Assembly (NCBI RefSeq): GCF_032191835.1
Contig: NC_083238.1
Coordinates: 8,184,001-8,248,000 of the forward strand
Reading direction: 5' to 3'
From: Heteronotia binoei
Taxonomy: Eukaryota
DNA: 64,000 nucleotides
Shown here: positions 37,314-51,305 of the stretch, piece by piece
Numbering within the stretch: the first letter of the stretch is position 1
How the letters are laid out: each line of letters opens with the position of its first letter
Program-made: the position numbers and the translations under genes
Notes under the pieces: model-generated
Databases searched by the model: none
What the model was told of the DNA's origin: nothing
Seen by the model: the letters and a program-made list of their open reading frames with translations, nothing else

Positions 37314-37730
37314 TCTGTTACCCAAACTGGACCCAGAGAAGGGGAAATTAGCTTTAAAAGGAGTTCCAGAAAGGAATAACGCAGGACTTTGGCCTATGTA
37401 TACCATTGTGGATATCAGTAGTGGGACCCCAAAATAAAATTGCAAAGAAAAAAGAGTGATTTTAAATAGAAACAAAAAAACTTTATTGTATACAAAATAA
37501 AATAAGTAAAAATGTAAGGAATCCAGCCTAAGCACCTGAGAACAAATTCCCTAAGTACCCACACATGCATATGCACAAACCAACAAAAAAGCACACATAT
37601 AAGGCAGGTGGAAAGAAACTGGGAAGTTTTAGGGAACCTAAAATCCTGGGCTTGTGGTCTGGAGAAGACCAAGGAGCAGAGCAAGGAGCTGGCTAAGCAA
37701 GGAGAAAAAACCTGCAACACAGTTGCAGAA
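37314..37730 (-). mobile_element. Possible LTR fragment (similar end at 54643)
   Basis: Minus strand ends ...TGGGTAACA with AATAAA about 150-170 nt upstream; the same TGTTACCCAAA end occurs at 54643. The other boundary was not identified. Confidence 0.3.
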
Positions 37731-38538
37731 GTGTTCAGTTAGTGGGAAACCTGGCACATTTTTCACTGACTTGGGATGGTCTTTTTATGGGGAAGAGTCT
37801 CATAGCTAGCTATGGGAACCTATTTTCCCAGAAACATAATTGGTCCAAGATACTAAGTTTTAACTGCTGAACAGTTTGAAGGTAACTGCTGTCAAACTTT
37901 GGCGGTGGAAAATGAGAAACATATCTTGATTGGGCTATTGTGAGCCAACTCTTCATGGACGCAAATGAGCCTGGGTGAGGCAATGAGATCAACATACTTT
38001 AATTAGGTTGAAGTGAGCCAGATCTGCATTGAAACAAACGTTTGAGTGAGCCAAGATAGCTCCTGAAAGAGGACGGGGCATAAATTAATGACTTGAGTGC
38101 CCTTCTTGATTGAGTAAAAAAAATGCAAAAGGAGGAACTAGGCATAGGTTAATGTAATAGCAGCTTCCTGGGACTGGACAGACACCTCTGGAATATGTCA
38201 GGATATTCCAGTGCTGAAAAGTCTTTTGTTATTGAGAATGAAATCTTATCGTTATTGAGAAATCAGAACTAGGGGAGATCGCTCTTAATCAGTTTGTAAT
38301 GCCAGAACAGTGTTTCCTGGGCTTTCGTGGCTGTACCCAGGAGCCTATGAAACCCTCCAGGATTCCGGTCCCCTTGGCACTTAGGATGTAAAAGGAGGTA
38401 TAAGACGACTAAGTCTAAAATAAGATGGGGACCCACTAACCAAAAGGGTCTTGGCTGGAGTAGGGGGCAGGGTCCTTACTACTCATTACATTATCGATCT
38501 TGTTATGGAATCGTTCTGTAGTTCGAACTCTTAACAAG

Positions 38539-38663
38539 GACTGGAGATGGCAAGATTTACTATCAAGTAATTGATGAGCATGATAACTACTCACAAATCA
38601 CTGTTCCAAGGGAAATCATACAAAACTTCAGATTTGCATTCCTGAGATACTTGAATATTGTTT
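38539..38663 (+). CDS. Candidate coding exon of an unidentified host gene
   Basis: AG acceptor, GTAAGT donor, one open frame (TGDGKIYYQVIDEHDNYSQITVPREIIQNFRFAFLRYLNIV). Not recognised, and phase does not join the next candidate. Confidence 0.3.
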
Positions 38664-39392
38664 GTAAGTCAATGTGCTTCTGGCAAGGTCAGAACTATTC
38701 TCCCTAAATTTCCAGAGGTAAAAACATGCCATCTAAAAGATACTTGATTGGATCCAGTGAACTGTCAACAGCATGAACTCAGTTACAAATCTCTTTCCTC
38801 TGTGTTTCCCATTTCCTCTCAACACATGCTCTTGAAAGCTAGTAGTGGGCTACAGTATGTGAATGGGGAGGGCTTTTTTGTAGCAGGAACTCCTTTGCAT
38901 ATTAGGCTGCACCTCCCTGATGTAGCCAATCCTCCTGAAGCTTACAGTAGGCCCTGTACTAAGAGCCCTGTAAGCTCTGGGAGGATTGGCTACATCAGGG
39001 GGTATGGCCTAATATGCAAATTAGTTTCTGCTATAAAAAAAAGCCCTGTGGATGGGTATTGCCTGAAGTCACTCCTACTTCATTGTGGAGGATGAAATGG
39101 GCTGATTTTTTTTTTTTTTTTGCAGACCTCGCGATATGCCCCAGTATCTTCCTAAGGACAGCTTTCTGAGGGGCACGGTACATTGCTAGAGAAGGGGGAG
39201 GTCCTATTTGTGAACACATTTAACATACTGTTCATTGATCAAACCCATATATTAAAAGCAAGCCAGGTTGACAGGCATGGTAGGGGTTTAAATGAGAACT
39301 AATTATTAAAGCACAGTTCAGCTATTAGCATGCACTGATGCACCACACATTTACATGGAAGTCCCATGCATTTTCATAGAATGTAATTCTAA

Positions 39393-40187
39393 GGGTGCGG
39401 TCACACTCACCATTAAATCCATCTGCAATGCGCCTCTATTATAATCCGCACAACCAATTTTCCAATCAGACAACAGCCAGGCTCCCATTCTATCCCATGT
39501 GGGTCCCGTCACTGGTCGATCAGAGTGCTCTACTGGACCTCATTTCATGAGACGTCAATCTGCATTAGCGCAGGCGCAGTGATGTCCGCTATCTGCACTA
39601 TCGAGCAGATCCAGCATCTCCTTCCTTCTCCACAAGAGACCTCGCACACCCACCATGACCTCATTCTCGAGGACGGGGATGCGTGTCGCTTTTAAATGGG
39701 TTGGATCACTAACAGTTTTGCTAGTCCGTTGGCACTACTTTTCCAACACGAGCACTACGCATGCAGAAAAACCCCCAGGAATTTAAATCAGTTCACATCT
39801 AGTTCACATCTAGTTTCAAAAGTGAATTTTGTTTCTGGACATAGGAGCGGGTAAACGATTTATCGAGCCAACATTCACGCACTCATTCACTGGCACAGTG
39901 ATATCACTTGCAGGGGGCTTTGGGCGGGAAGCAGTGGTGCGCTTCCGACGAGTTGCCAATGATGGAGTGTTTAAACAGAGAAATTCCGCTCAGGAACCGT
40001 CAGAAGAATTTTGTTCCAGATTTAAAGCAGTATCAAATTAGTCCACACCCCAGTCGTCTCAACACAGGACTCGAACAACCTAACCACCATTCGCAGATGC
40101 TGATGTTTGGACAACCACTAAAATCCAACATGCTTCCAGACTCCATTCATGCCCGTAGCGGGATTTTCTGAACATCTGATCTCACCC
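39393..40187. mobile_element. PIF/Harbinger-type non-autonomous element
   Basis: Imperfect TIRs GGGTGCGGTCACA / GGGTGAGATCAGA (10 of 13) with a TAA TSD on both sides; CpG-rich interior. Confidence 0.6.
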
Positions 40188-40872
40188 TAAGTAACTTTCC
40201 TTAAGATCAGCAGGATAAACCTATGAAGGTTTACATACAAGAAAATCCCACTATGTCCAGTGGGACATACTTCCAGGAAAGTGTGTGTAGGATAGTAGTT
40301 ATAGCAACATTTCATACAATTAATTGAGGCAATTGCATTAACTTATCTGCTCATTGACTTGGCTTTATTGACAGCTTGTATATCAATTAATAAATTCAGT
40401 GCATAAACTTCAGTAGTATGATGGGTTTTTCATGCATTCCCAACCATTATCACATGCTGTTGTGGACTGCGGGCCATAAAATGAGCTTACTGGTAGTGTT
40501 TGCAGCCTCTCCCTATGAACATTGGAGTCTTTAAGGCCATTTTAAAAGAGATAGAGTGCTGCATGATTCACCTACAGTGGTCTCTACCCCAACCTTCTGC
40601 TGACAGACTAAACCCAAGTAGCCTTATAAATGCATTCCTTACATACAAGACGTCCGAGAGCAGGATTTTAAAAAAACTTATATTCACTCTCAGGGGTAGG
40701 AGGAATAAGGAGATTCTGTAATGATTCTTTAAACTATTTAATGTTGCTGAGCACATTAAGTTATAACATCATAAGGGTTTGCTGTTTAGGATTTAGGTAG
40801 TAAAAACAGTAAGAAAAAGTAAAATTATAGAATTTTAGATATTAATTCTTGGGTGAACAGAACAATTAACAG

Positions 40873-40929
40873 CCAAGCTAATAACCTTGAAGTAATAATT
40901 GACCTTCCCTCACTCAGGATTCTCGCCCG
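40873..40929 (+). CDS. Candidate 57-nt exon
   Basis: AACAG acceptor, CCG/GTAAGT donor, open in phase 2 (QANNLEVIIDLPSLRILAR). Confidence 0.25.
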
Positions 40930-41701
40930 GTAAGTGTGAGCTCTTCTTATAAACTACAAATCTTTAGCCAATTTCCCTCAAAAACTGGGCCCCAAGACAA
41001 CTTCAGTCTCTTCCTAATGCATTTACTCTATTAGGCTGCTTTGCCAGAGGAAGCAGAAATGAGGAGAACTGACGTTGTCATATGGGATAATAAATGAGCC
41101 AAGCTTATTCTTACACTGAAACAAAAAGAAGACCTGTAGCACTCACAGGCCAGCCTCAATCATCCTACATTCACTGCAAGCCTCGTCCCTTCTCCACCTC
41201 TTGAAGGAGGGATGCAGAAGAGTTTTATCATAAAAGGCAGACCCTGAGACTTCCAGAGTCTCCTGAGAAAGGATGATCAGCCTCCCTCTCTGTCAACCAA
41301 GACCATATATCCATTGGTCTGATCTTCTTACATACAAGGCAGGCACTGAGACTTATACCTGAGACAGATTCTCTCCCTGTGTGATCTCAGCTGACAGTGT
41401 AACAGCCTTTTTTCTCACTCCCCCCTCCCATTTGGCTTCCTCAGCCATCCATGGGCCTTGATTGGTTGTCAGCTGCTCTGAACATACTCAGCAAACGGGA
41501 ATACAGGGGATCAGTGCCTGACAGAAAGGAGTATGACCTCTGGCCCTCTGTTGCCCTCACCCCAATTTGCTTTACCATCAGGAAATGTACAACATAATAT
41601 GTACTTTCCACTTTTTACCCCTGTCTTGGGAAAGATTTTAGAACCTTCTCAACCATTTATTTATTATTTATTACTTTAAATTTCTATCCCGCTCTCTCCG
41701 C

Positions 41702-42234
41702 TAGGGTTGCCAAGTCCAATTTAAGAAATATCTGGGGACTTTGAGGGTGGAGCCAGGAGACTTTGGGGGTGGAGCCAGGAGACATTAGGGGTGGAGCCAA
41801 GATCAAGGCTGTGACAAGCATCATTGAACTCCAAAGGGAGTTCTGGCCATCACATTTAAAGGGACGGCACACCTTTTCAATGCCTTCCTTCCATAGGAAA
41901 TAATGAAAAATAGGGGCACCTTCTTTTGGGGCTCATAGAATTGGACCCCCTGGTCCAATCGTTTTGAAACTTGGGGGATATTTTGGGAAGAGGCACTAGA
42001 TGCTTTATTGAAAATTTGGTGCCTCTACCTCAAAAAACAGCCCCCCCAGAGCCCCAGATACCCGCAGATCAATTCTCCATTATTTTCTATGGGAATAAAT
42101 CTCCATAGGGAATAACAGAGTTCCCAGCAGACATTCCCCTCCCCTCCCCCCCCCGCTTTCTGACGACCCTGAAGCGGGAGGAGGGCCTCCAAACCGGGGG
42201 ATCCCCTGCCCCCACCTGGGGATTGGCAACCCTA
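41702..42234. mobile_element. Non-autonomous hAT element
   Basis: TIRs TAGGGTTGCCAA...TTGGCAACCCTA; perfect 8-bp TSD CTCTCCGC; internal GGTGGAGCCA repeats. Confidence 0.92.
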
Positions 42235-44869
42235 CTCTCCGCCCATATAATCTCTGGTTTTTGTTTTTTTTTTCAGACTAAATGAGATAAAATGCACAGA
42301 TCATTGCACACTAAATATGCACGGCACCTACTATATTAGAAACTTTAACAATAATAATTCAAAAATTGTTTAGCAAACAAACTTACAAAAGAGATAGAAA
42401 ACCAGGGCGAGAGCTTATGTGTAGCTTCTCACTGCCAGTCCAGGCAGTTATAATAGTATTCATATCTCCTTCCAAGTCTAATAATTGAAGGACGTAAGAG
42501 AAAACAGAGCAGGGAATATGCACAGCCATTTTATTTACATGTGTGTGAGGAAAGCTCCACTTGCTTGGAATGATATAGTTTCTTTGCTCCTGCAATTTAA
42601 AGCAGATGCTTCCCCACCCATCAGAGAGAAAAATATTATCAGAGCACCAGAAAGATTGTTTACATAGTTGTGCAACTGGAGCTAAGCCCCAAATCTCATC
42701 TCTACATTGATATGGGAAAGATACCCTGAAGTAACTTTTTTCCAGTAAGGTTTGTTTAATTCTCTATAGTTCTGTTGATTCTGTTTCACCTCATGTCAGT
42801 AGCTGGTTTTCTAAGTATTCCTGGGAGAATGGCTGAAATCTGAAAATCTCTTGAACATAATAAACATCTATTTTTCACTTGATTCATTCCATAGAAAATT
42901 ATTGTTAAGACTGAATTTTACTTCATTCTGACCCTGATGTAACTGATATAACCATGTCTTATTTTTTAAAAAGCTTTTGCTGGTGCACTGATTAGAAACA
43001 AAGAACAGCCAGACATTTTGAATCTTTCTCTCTCGCTCTGTGTGTACTTTTAAAAAACATATGGCTCTAATTTCCATTGAGCTCAGGTGGGGAAAAATAG
43101 AGTAAAATACTAATGCTGAGATCTGCCCTTACATTTTGCAGTTTTGTATCGGAGATGTCCTGTAAGATCTAGTTGGAGATGTCATATAAGAAATTTTCAC
43201 TCCTTTGAACAAGAGCAGTTGAAATGAATTTATGGTGGACCATGGTGATAGTTCATTCATTTCTGGATAGAAGATAACAACAACTTATAAAAATTGCTTT
43301 TATTTATATCATACGCTATGGAAAGACAACTCTTGCAAGCGAATAGGGAACTATAGCAAGGGAACATTTTACCACACACCTCTGTGGTGAATCCTAAAAA
43401 TGTCTTTACCACATGACAGATTGATAGAGAAAGCTCATATAGTTCACAAAGTACCCAAGTCTTCCAACCCAGGATAGTTTGGTTGTTTGTATCATCCTGC
43501 CAAGAAGTAAGGAAAATGTTACCACATATCAGTACAGGAACTATATCCAGTGAAACAACCAGCTTTCTATGTAGTTGATATACAACTTTGTCACTGGTAT
43601 CAACCCACTTTAATTGGGGATGGGGGGGGGGGGAGGAAGTTGAAGTGCTATCACAAAAAAGCTGATGGTCCCCTAGATTTTTCTTTACAAATATAGCCGA
43701 AAGCAAGATAATGCTGAGAATCAGATTGTCTTCTGCATCGTCATTGTTGAAAGGATGTCAATCATGTCATGTCACATGCATAGCACACAAACAAGTAAAA
43801 TCCCCTATGGAGCTGGGAGCTTGTTAATAATACTGTCAGATCTCTATAACAATATTGGTCCTGAATGAGCAAAGACTTAAAACACGTTTCTTTTTGTTTT
43901 ATGTTAAAATAAACCATTTTAATGGTTTAGACTGACATTATCCCCGCCCCTTCATCTTCATTTTGAGGGGATTCATAAGAATTTCAATTCTCTCTTCAGT
44001 CTACTTTTTGGGGGTATATTTACAGTGGAATCCAAAGGGGGGGCACAGTTGGTACAGTGAACTAACTGACCTCTTGCCAGTGTAACTCAAAGTTATGCTG
44101 GTGTAAGGGCCATTTACACTGATGCAGAGTATGAGTAGCACTGTGCTGCTCGGTTAAACCACTGGAGTGATGATGCAAACTCCTACACTGGTGTAAATGT
44201 CGGTATTCCAGGGACCCTGGCACCAGATAAGTGACTCTCAAAGCATTTCAGTGTAAAACAGCCCCCACCACAGGCACAAAGCTGTGTTGGCAAAAATGGG
44301 GGTATAGCTCATTGGTGGCATGATAACCCCCAAATCACTCCTCCCCTCACAGCTGCAGCCATGCCCACAGGAACCCATGTATCTCAGCATATAAGTGAGC
44401 ATCCAATTATTACCCTCCCCTGTGCTGGCTGCACCCCTCCTTAGTACCCAATCATGACTTTCCCACTCTACAAATGGCTCCAGGAGGTTGCCTCAAAACT
44501 CCAGAGGTAGGGGCATGGAACATGAGAATTCTGTCTGACAGTTCCTTGTTGTGCAGACTTAAAATGAATGCACATGCAATTTGGTTTTGAGAAAAAACAC
44601 AGACAGGGCACTTAGCACTGCTGGGTGAGCATTGACTGGTATACACCATACGGAGAGCAAAGTCCACACTTCATGACTGATCTTTCCTAGATTTTGGTCC
44701 CCACAGATACACCAGCTCCTCCACTGGGATTCTGGGGCAGATGCACACACACAGGTAAGCAAGGCTCCCTGTCCTCCAACCAACAACTGCCTCCAGGCCT
44801 ACAATGGTGACAACAAGCTGCTCTAGGCATAGCATCTCACTCTCCTGAACTCAGCAACTGAGGAGATGA

Positions 44870-47330
44870 GCAGCAGTACCTCAATGTGCATGGAGTCCAT
44901 GTGCCGTGTGGTTAGGTAAATTGGAGCCTGCCAAGGCAGCTACTGGGGGGCAGCAGTGGTGAAGCTTGTGTGCTACGTCACCAGTTGTTTTCACATAACT
45001 GGTTGGCAAGCCCCCTGCATGAAACCCAGTGGCAGGCAGTGAGCCCCATTAACCTGAAGGCAGAGTAATACTACATGGTAGCCAAACACTTTCCCTTGCA
45101 GGAGCTGAATACCCTGATGCTGCTGTTAGAGTGCGTCTCTCAATACATGGAGGTCCTGACATGACGCTGATTCAGGTGGGAAAGATCTGGATACTGCCAC
45201 TCAGAGGGGCTGACTCATGGCATTGGGGCACCAGACAGAGTGCCCAGATCACCACAGGGTAACTCCTGTGGGAGAGCTGTCATCCTCACTGTGGAGCAAA
45301 AACTCCACTAGGTGCCATACCCACTGTCATGGGTGCTGGGGACCCTGCAGAAGAAGCTGAGCCTGCAGAAGAAACTGTGCCCCTGCCACCTGCACCAGTG
45401 CCCCTGCCTCCTGCTGGAGAAGAGTCAAGCCTCCCTGCCTCGCCCTCTCGGGTGGCTCGTGTGCGTGACCGCCTTCGTCAGGACCTCAGGGATGGGAGGA
45501 GGGCGGCACGCTCACGAGCAAGACGCTCCCTGAGCCCTGAGTTTTGAAAGGATTCTGGCCCTTCTAGGAGTGAGGATGCTGGAGTCTCAGCGGGATCCTG
45601 GCTGCCTCTCTGAGCCAGCAATTAGCCCAAATGGGCAACAGCCAGCAGAGGGCTATATAGCTGTGGGCTTTGGGAGGAGGCTTTGTGGAAGCAACTAGTC
45701 ACTTACCTGACGTTCTAGCATCCGCTTTGGCTTTTGACTTTGGCTTCTGGACCCCCTGACTTTGGCTTTGACTTCTGGACCCCCTGACTTTGGCTTCTGA
45801 ACCTCTGACCTGCGATACCTGGACGGTGATTCAGTTTTGGTGCCTTGGACCCTCTTTGCTCACCAGCTACAGACCTTGGACTGCCCCTGGACTTTGCCTG
45901 ACCCGGCCCCAGCCTGTGACACCCACAACAGAAACTGGGTCTTGGAAGCACACCAATAGAGCCAGCCTCCTGGTCTTCCCCTCTCAATGCCTATCAAGGA
46001 GGCTCCCTTAGCAACAAAGGACCAAGTGGAGTAGTGCTCACATGAGCTGCAATCCCACCCAACCACTCTGTTGTCCCTGGTTCCCTTTAACAAAGTTTGA
46101 CCAGTGTGTGTGTTCAGTTTGTGCATTCAAGGTGTAGGTATCCATTCTGGACCCTAGGGGACGCAGGAGCCACATGAACCCTGAGGATACACCACAGGCA
46201 GAGACCTTGTCCCGACAGTAATGCTGTCACAGCAGTGGAAACAGACGGGTGGGAGGAGGAGTCAAAGGGTCAGGCCACCATTTTTCCAGACAAAGGCACA
46301 CACCACACAGGCAAAAAATGCCAATTCACCCCATGCACCAAGTGAAAGCTGGGGGTAGGGTAGTGTGGGCAAAGCATCATGGCATGGCAGAGATCTGACA
46401 GCCATGGATGGTTTTTCCTGCACTGGACCTGGATGTGCTACCCAGCTCTAGAGAGCCAGCTTGGGCTGATAAACCATGCAGGACCCACCCTGGGAAGAAG
46501 CCGTTGGTGTTAAGGGCAAAAGCAATAAGTGCTTGCAAGTGGAGATGGTCAATTTCAGAGGGCATTCCTCTATTAAAGCCTACTAGGGCCATCTAGATCC
46601 TAGGGATCCCAAGGAATTTTTGGTATGCAAATGCAGGACGATGTGCAAACAGCAATGGCTACCAGGCAACAGTGGCTGCCAAAAGCACAACCAAAGGGCA
46701 GCTCAATCAATATGCATGTTGGCCTTTCTGATGGCCAACTTGTATCACAGCAACCATGACTGTAAATGGCGTTGCTACATATCCCAAGCCAGGTTCCGCC
46801 CACTGATGACCATCTTAGGGCCCAGTGCTTGCAGAGCTAGGAGCATCCACCGTTTGTAGGCTGGGTGCATGGGGTCTGCGCTGTAGAAAGATTGGCAATT
46901 TGCACAGATGTGCAGTTCCTTCCACAGCCCTGTTGTATTTGCAAAAGATACTGCTAGTTGACATCTGACCTTACAATCTCAAATGGTGAAAATCCCCAGC
47001 TCTGCAGACACTGTTGTCCTGCCCACTTTTCAGGGGCCCACAGAATGGGATCCGAGGGGCCAGTGGTGCATGGCCCCATGTCAGAGCCCTTGCCGCTCCC
47101 TTTGGATGACAAAAGCTCTGAAGCCAGTGGCAGACATGCCACCACAGTCCTGCCCAAGCCCTACGCATGCCCAGCTATCACCAGAGGCTGCACTGTGTTC
47201 GCTGCATTCTGACAAGCAGCTCACCCTGGCAGTTTTAGAATCACCCAAATGGGGGCATGTACTGGGAGAGACAGCCTTGCTTTTTTTGGGGGGGGGGGGA
47301 AGCCATGTGGAACTGGAGCCATCCCCATGA
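44870..47330 (+). mobile_element. Highly degenerate PIF/Harbinger relic (Myb-like and transposase traces)
   Basis: NLKAE*YYMV...ELNTLM near 45050-45120 (Myb/trihelix-like); KWRCYISQARFRPLMTILGP, VERLAI and VLGETAL (transposase-like) at 46750-47290. All are broken by frameshifts. Confidence 0.35.
45325..45921 (+). mobile_element. Solo Gypsy-type LTR
   Basis: TGTCA...TGACA ends, 5-bp TSD CCCAC on both sides, TATATA at 45654-45659, tandem TGGACCCCCTGACTTTGGCTT in the 3' part. Confidence 0.9.
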
Positions 47331-48403
47331 GCTAGTGGGGCTGGCATCATCTACAGGTCTCCAGTGGGATAGTTATTCTTCGCCCAGGCTGACAAGAGAG
47401 AAGCCCCCAGCTGCTGGTGCAGGCATCTGGATGCCTCTGCTGCCAGATGCATGCCTGCACCCACTCTGCTTGAGATGACCCTATAGGTCTTGCAGTAAGT
47501 CAGAGGATGTGGCCTCCCAAAACTCCCCCGTGACTACCAACTAAGGACTGTGTACTATGGGTAGTCCTCTGCAATGGACTGTATTCCAACTCCAAGCAGT
47601 TAACCAAATACTGCCAAGAGTGGGGAGTTTTATCCCAGAAACTTACACAGAGCCATGCCAAGGCTCAGGATGCACATTTCAGCACACACAGTAACAGGCA
47701 GGAAGACTACTGTCCCAGTCATCCCCTCCATTGCAACCCAGACTTCATCATACTGAGAAGAAAGCCATGAAGCCATGGAAAAAGCCATTTCCCAGAGGGA
47801 GGATGGAAAACAACACTTGCTTCCCAGTCACCATTACTGTAAAACAGCCACATCACGTACACAGCTGTAATCACATCTATGCATATGGAAAACTTTTGGT
47901 TCAGATGAAAGATAGTTACACAATGAAGCCAGGAACTCACCAGCAAGTCAATAATCACCATCGAGACTCTGCAGACAACAGGCAACATCAGTTGTTTCCT
48001 CCTTTTTGTCCTACTACAGTTTCCTAGAGGTGTCACAGATAAGTTAGCATCTGGACTCCAAATTCTCACATAACAAAATCCTGGACTTCATTGGTCCTTC
48101 CTGGGGACCAATCAGTAGGGCAAAGATCAAGTGTCCACTCTAATCAGAGTTACTGCCCAAGTGTCCACTATGAATCTGACAATTTTAGGTCAGGTAAGTG
48201 GGTGTTCATTGTCTCTCCTGGTGGTACCCCCCCCTTTTTTATTGCCAGGAGAGATAGCCCCCATACCCTGATCAAGTTTGGGCTGGTTCTTGCTACCACC
48301 TTCCCTCCTGCTGTTGCTGCTCAGATTTTCTCTTCCCTTTGGACAGTTAATTGTATCACCCGTGATCATCGCTTCAGTCCTGCTAATGCAAATGCCTCTA
48401 TAT

Positions 48404-48689
48404 GAGCGTTTTCGCACTCACCTTCAGCCGGCGCGACACCCCTCTTCACCGCGCAGGATCTGCGCAGATTTCGCACTTAAAGCCTCGGAGCAGCCGAAAG
48501 AGCCGGAAACTCCCGGCGCAAAAGCCGCGCAAATGGAAACTGCTTTTTGGCGGTTTACATTTGCGCCGCAAAAGCGCCGGGAGTTTCCGGCTCTTCTGGC
48601 TGCTCCGTGGCTTTACGTGCGAAATCCGCGCAGATCCTGCGCGGTGAAGAGGGGGGTTGCGCCGGCTGAAGGTGAGTGCGAAAACGCCC
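48404..48689. mobile_element. Palindromic Harbinger-type MITE
   Basis: Near-perfect fold-back, ends GAGCGTTTTCGCACTCACC / GGTGAGTGCGAAAACGCCC, TAT duplicated on both sides. Confidence 0.88.
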
Positions 48690-51305
48690 TATGATTTTTA
48701 TCTCTGTATATTCTTAGTTCTTTAATGATTGTGTGAATGCTAGTGTAACTGTGTGATTGTGTGATCTTTAATTCTCAATAAAAACACCTTGAATTTTTAG
48801 CAACCAATCTCCTCATACTTTATTGAGACTCTGGGGAAGTCTAACTCCCTTAAACACACGTTGTTGATCCTGCTCTTGCCATTTACTTATTAATTTTAAT
48901 TCCCTAATTCAATCTCAGAGGCAATTTGGTTAACACTGCCTTGTAGAAGCCTCCAATAACAGGTTGGGGTCTTGTACCCTGGGCCAAAAACTCTCCACAA
49001 TGTCCCCTCCAAGCAGAGATCCTATGACACCCCTGAGACCTCTCATCAAGGCAAATGTGTCTATCCAGGAGGAGATGGAGCTGAATAATGGGAAAGAGAA
49101 TCAAGGTGGCTATGCACCCAAGTCAGGGACCAAGGGAAATGAGAAGCCTTTGTGGGGGTGGGGGGAGACATGGGGCTTCTTGCCATCATGAGGTACATAG
49201 ATGAGGGTCAGGAGTGCATCAACAAGCTGCTGGGGAACCTGTTATAGTCTCTCTGAAGGCCCTGCCCCCTGTACCCTCTGACCCACTTTGCTCCCCCTTT
49301 AGTGGGGTAAAATGAAGGTTGGCGCAAGGATGCCATCAACAGCATGAGTGCCCTGCTGGATGGTACATCCCCCAGAGAGTACAGGGCACCCCCACATCCA
49401 CCTTATTTTCCATCATAGCCCATGGGGGTCTTTGCATTCTGTGTGTGAAGTGTCAATTTGGGGTGCCAGTTGGTGCTCCTCTCAACTGACAGGTGGCCAG
49501 GGCTTCTGATAGGAGGTGATTTATTTAAGGAGGGGTGTGTTGCGGTAGAGGATCATGACTCCTCTGGCCTGACCCTCTCCACCCCTGGCCAGTAATGGAT
49601 GCTTAGCTCAACAGCCTTGACTCTTGACTCCCATTGGTCCTGCCTGCCTTGTTTATCGTGCCGCACCCACCTAGCAACAATGTTGGGACGGTACGCTGTG
49701 GCAGAAATGTCACAGATTCCACAGCAGCAGCATCCAGCAACACTGATGTGGCACCTTCCCCCCGTTCAGCCACTGTACGACTTTCCTCCCGAGGGGAGTG
49801 GCGAGTGGCACGACAGCCACAGCACAGGTGCCGCATAGGATTGCTTTGTCCAGCATGTCTGGTCATTCAATAATAATAATATAATAAATTTTTATTTATA
49901 TCCCGCCCTCCCCGCCAAGGCAGGCTCAGGGCGGCTTGTGAGAATTATCTGATTTGAGTCAGCCTATTTGATTTTTAAATATACATTTCCTTAGCCATAG
50001 ATGCAGTGAAAATGCAGAAACTGTAGGGAAAAAAAAGAACCATGATAGATAGCTTCTTAATGGGTAATACTGGGAAATACACTGTTGTGTGGGGTGGATA
50101 AGGAGGAGTAGCTCTACTTTAAAAGTCTGCGTTTCCATGCTTTTTGTTACAAGGAACTGAGTACCTTGGGAAAATCGCTACAAAACGTGTTGCATAATTT
50201 AAGTAGCCCCATGATTTTGGCTGGCCAAAAATACTGTGAAAATTAGTAAATAAAAAGTATAAAGCTTCTGAGACTGCACTATGTGAAAAAGGTGACCTCA
50301 AATAGAAATCATTGCCCCAGGCAAACCCCTATTCACTGGAGATGGTTTAAGAGAAGGTCTGATCTTTTCCATTTTGTTTTTCCTCGATGATCTACCTCTG
50401 CTGGTTTTTTAGGGATTCCTCTATATTTCTCTCTCGGAAATGAGTCTGAGACTCTGAATCTCAAGAAGAAAGAAATATCATTGATTAGACTTATGTCTTA
50501 TTTCTGAAATATACAAATGTAAACTACGGTACATTCACAGTATGTTTCTTAAGCATTCTACATCTAATAATAATAAATTTTTATTTATACCCCGCCCTCC
50601 CCACCGAAGCAGGCTCAGGGCGGCTTGCAGGACATGGTGGGTCACACCATGATGTAACAATAAATACAACATAACCATTAAAATACATTTCTTAGACCAG
50701 CGATTAGATTAAAATTTACATTACAGCATAAATTAATGGTGCTACATTCTTAATATACACCACAACAACAATATCTACAACAACATACATGAAAGGAATA
50801 TGCATCTTGATTGGCATTTCCCTGATGAACAAAGAATTGAGCATATTTTAAAGTGAAATATATTTGTTGCAGCAGCATTATTCTATCATGGTACTGAAGC
50901 TTTTTAAAAAAAGACAGTTTGGATTTTAAATATTACTGAGACACATTTTAGGGTTAGCCTCCGTGACAAACAGAAGGCTGTCCCACCCCGAGGGGCTAGC
51001 TGATATAATATGCGTACCATGTACGTGGTTTTTAATATCTGCACAAGAGTCTCATCAACATGTGTTGGCATTTACAAGTATTATTTATGCTGTATGGAAA
51101 TCAAATATACTGCGAAGGCAGGGACAAGATGTGGCAAGGATTTAATTTGAAGCTGCTTTTGAGGCCAAGGAAGCAGCAGCAAGCCTGGCCATTGTGCCAG
51201 GTTTCTGGCAGGCTACATGGTCTGGCCATAGCCAAGGCCCGACAGTGACAGTCACCCCTGGTGTGCAAGATACACATTTGGAGCAGGATATGGGGTGTGA
51301 ACACA

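Noticed and set aside
39393-40187. CpG-rich segment resembling a CpG-island promoter
   Set aside because: Bounded by Harbinger-type TIRs and a TAA TSD, so it is better explained as a transposon.
43257-43706. 149-aa minus-strand ORF in unique-looking DNA
   Set aside because: No domain motif, no convincing splice boundaries, and a non-ATG start.
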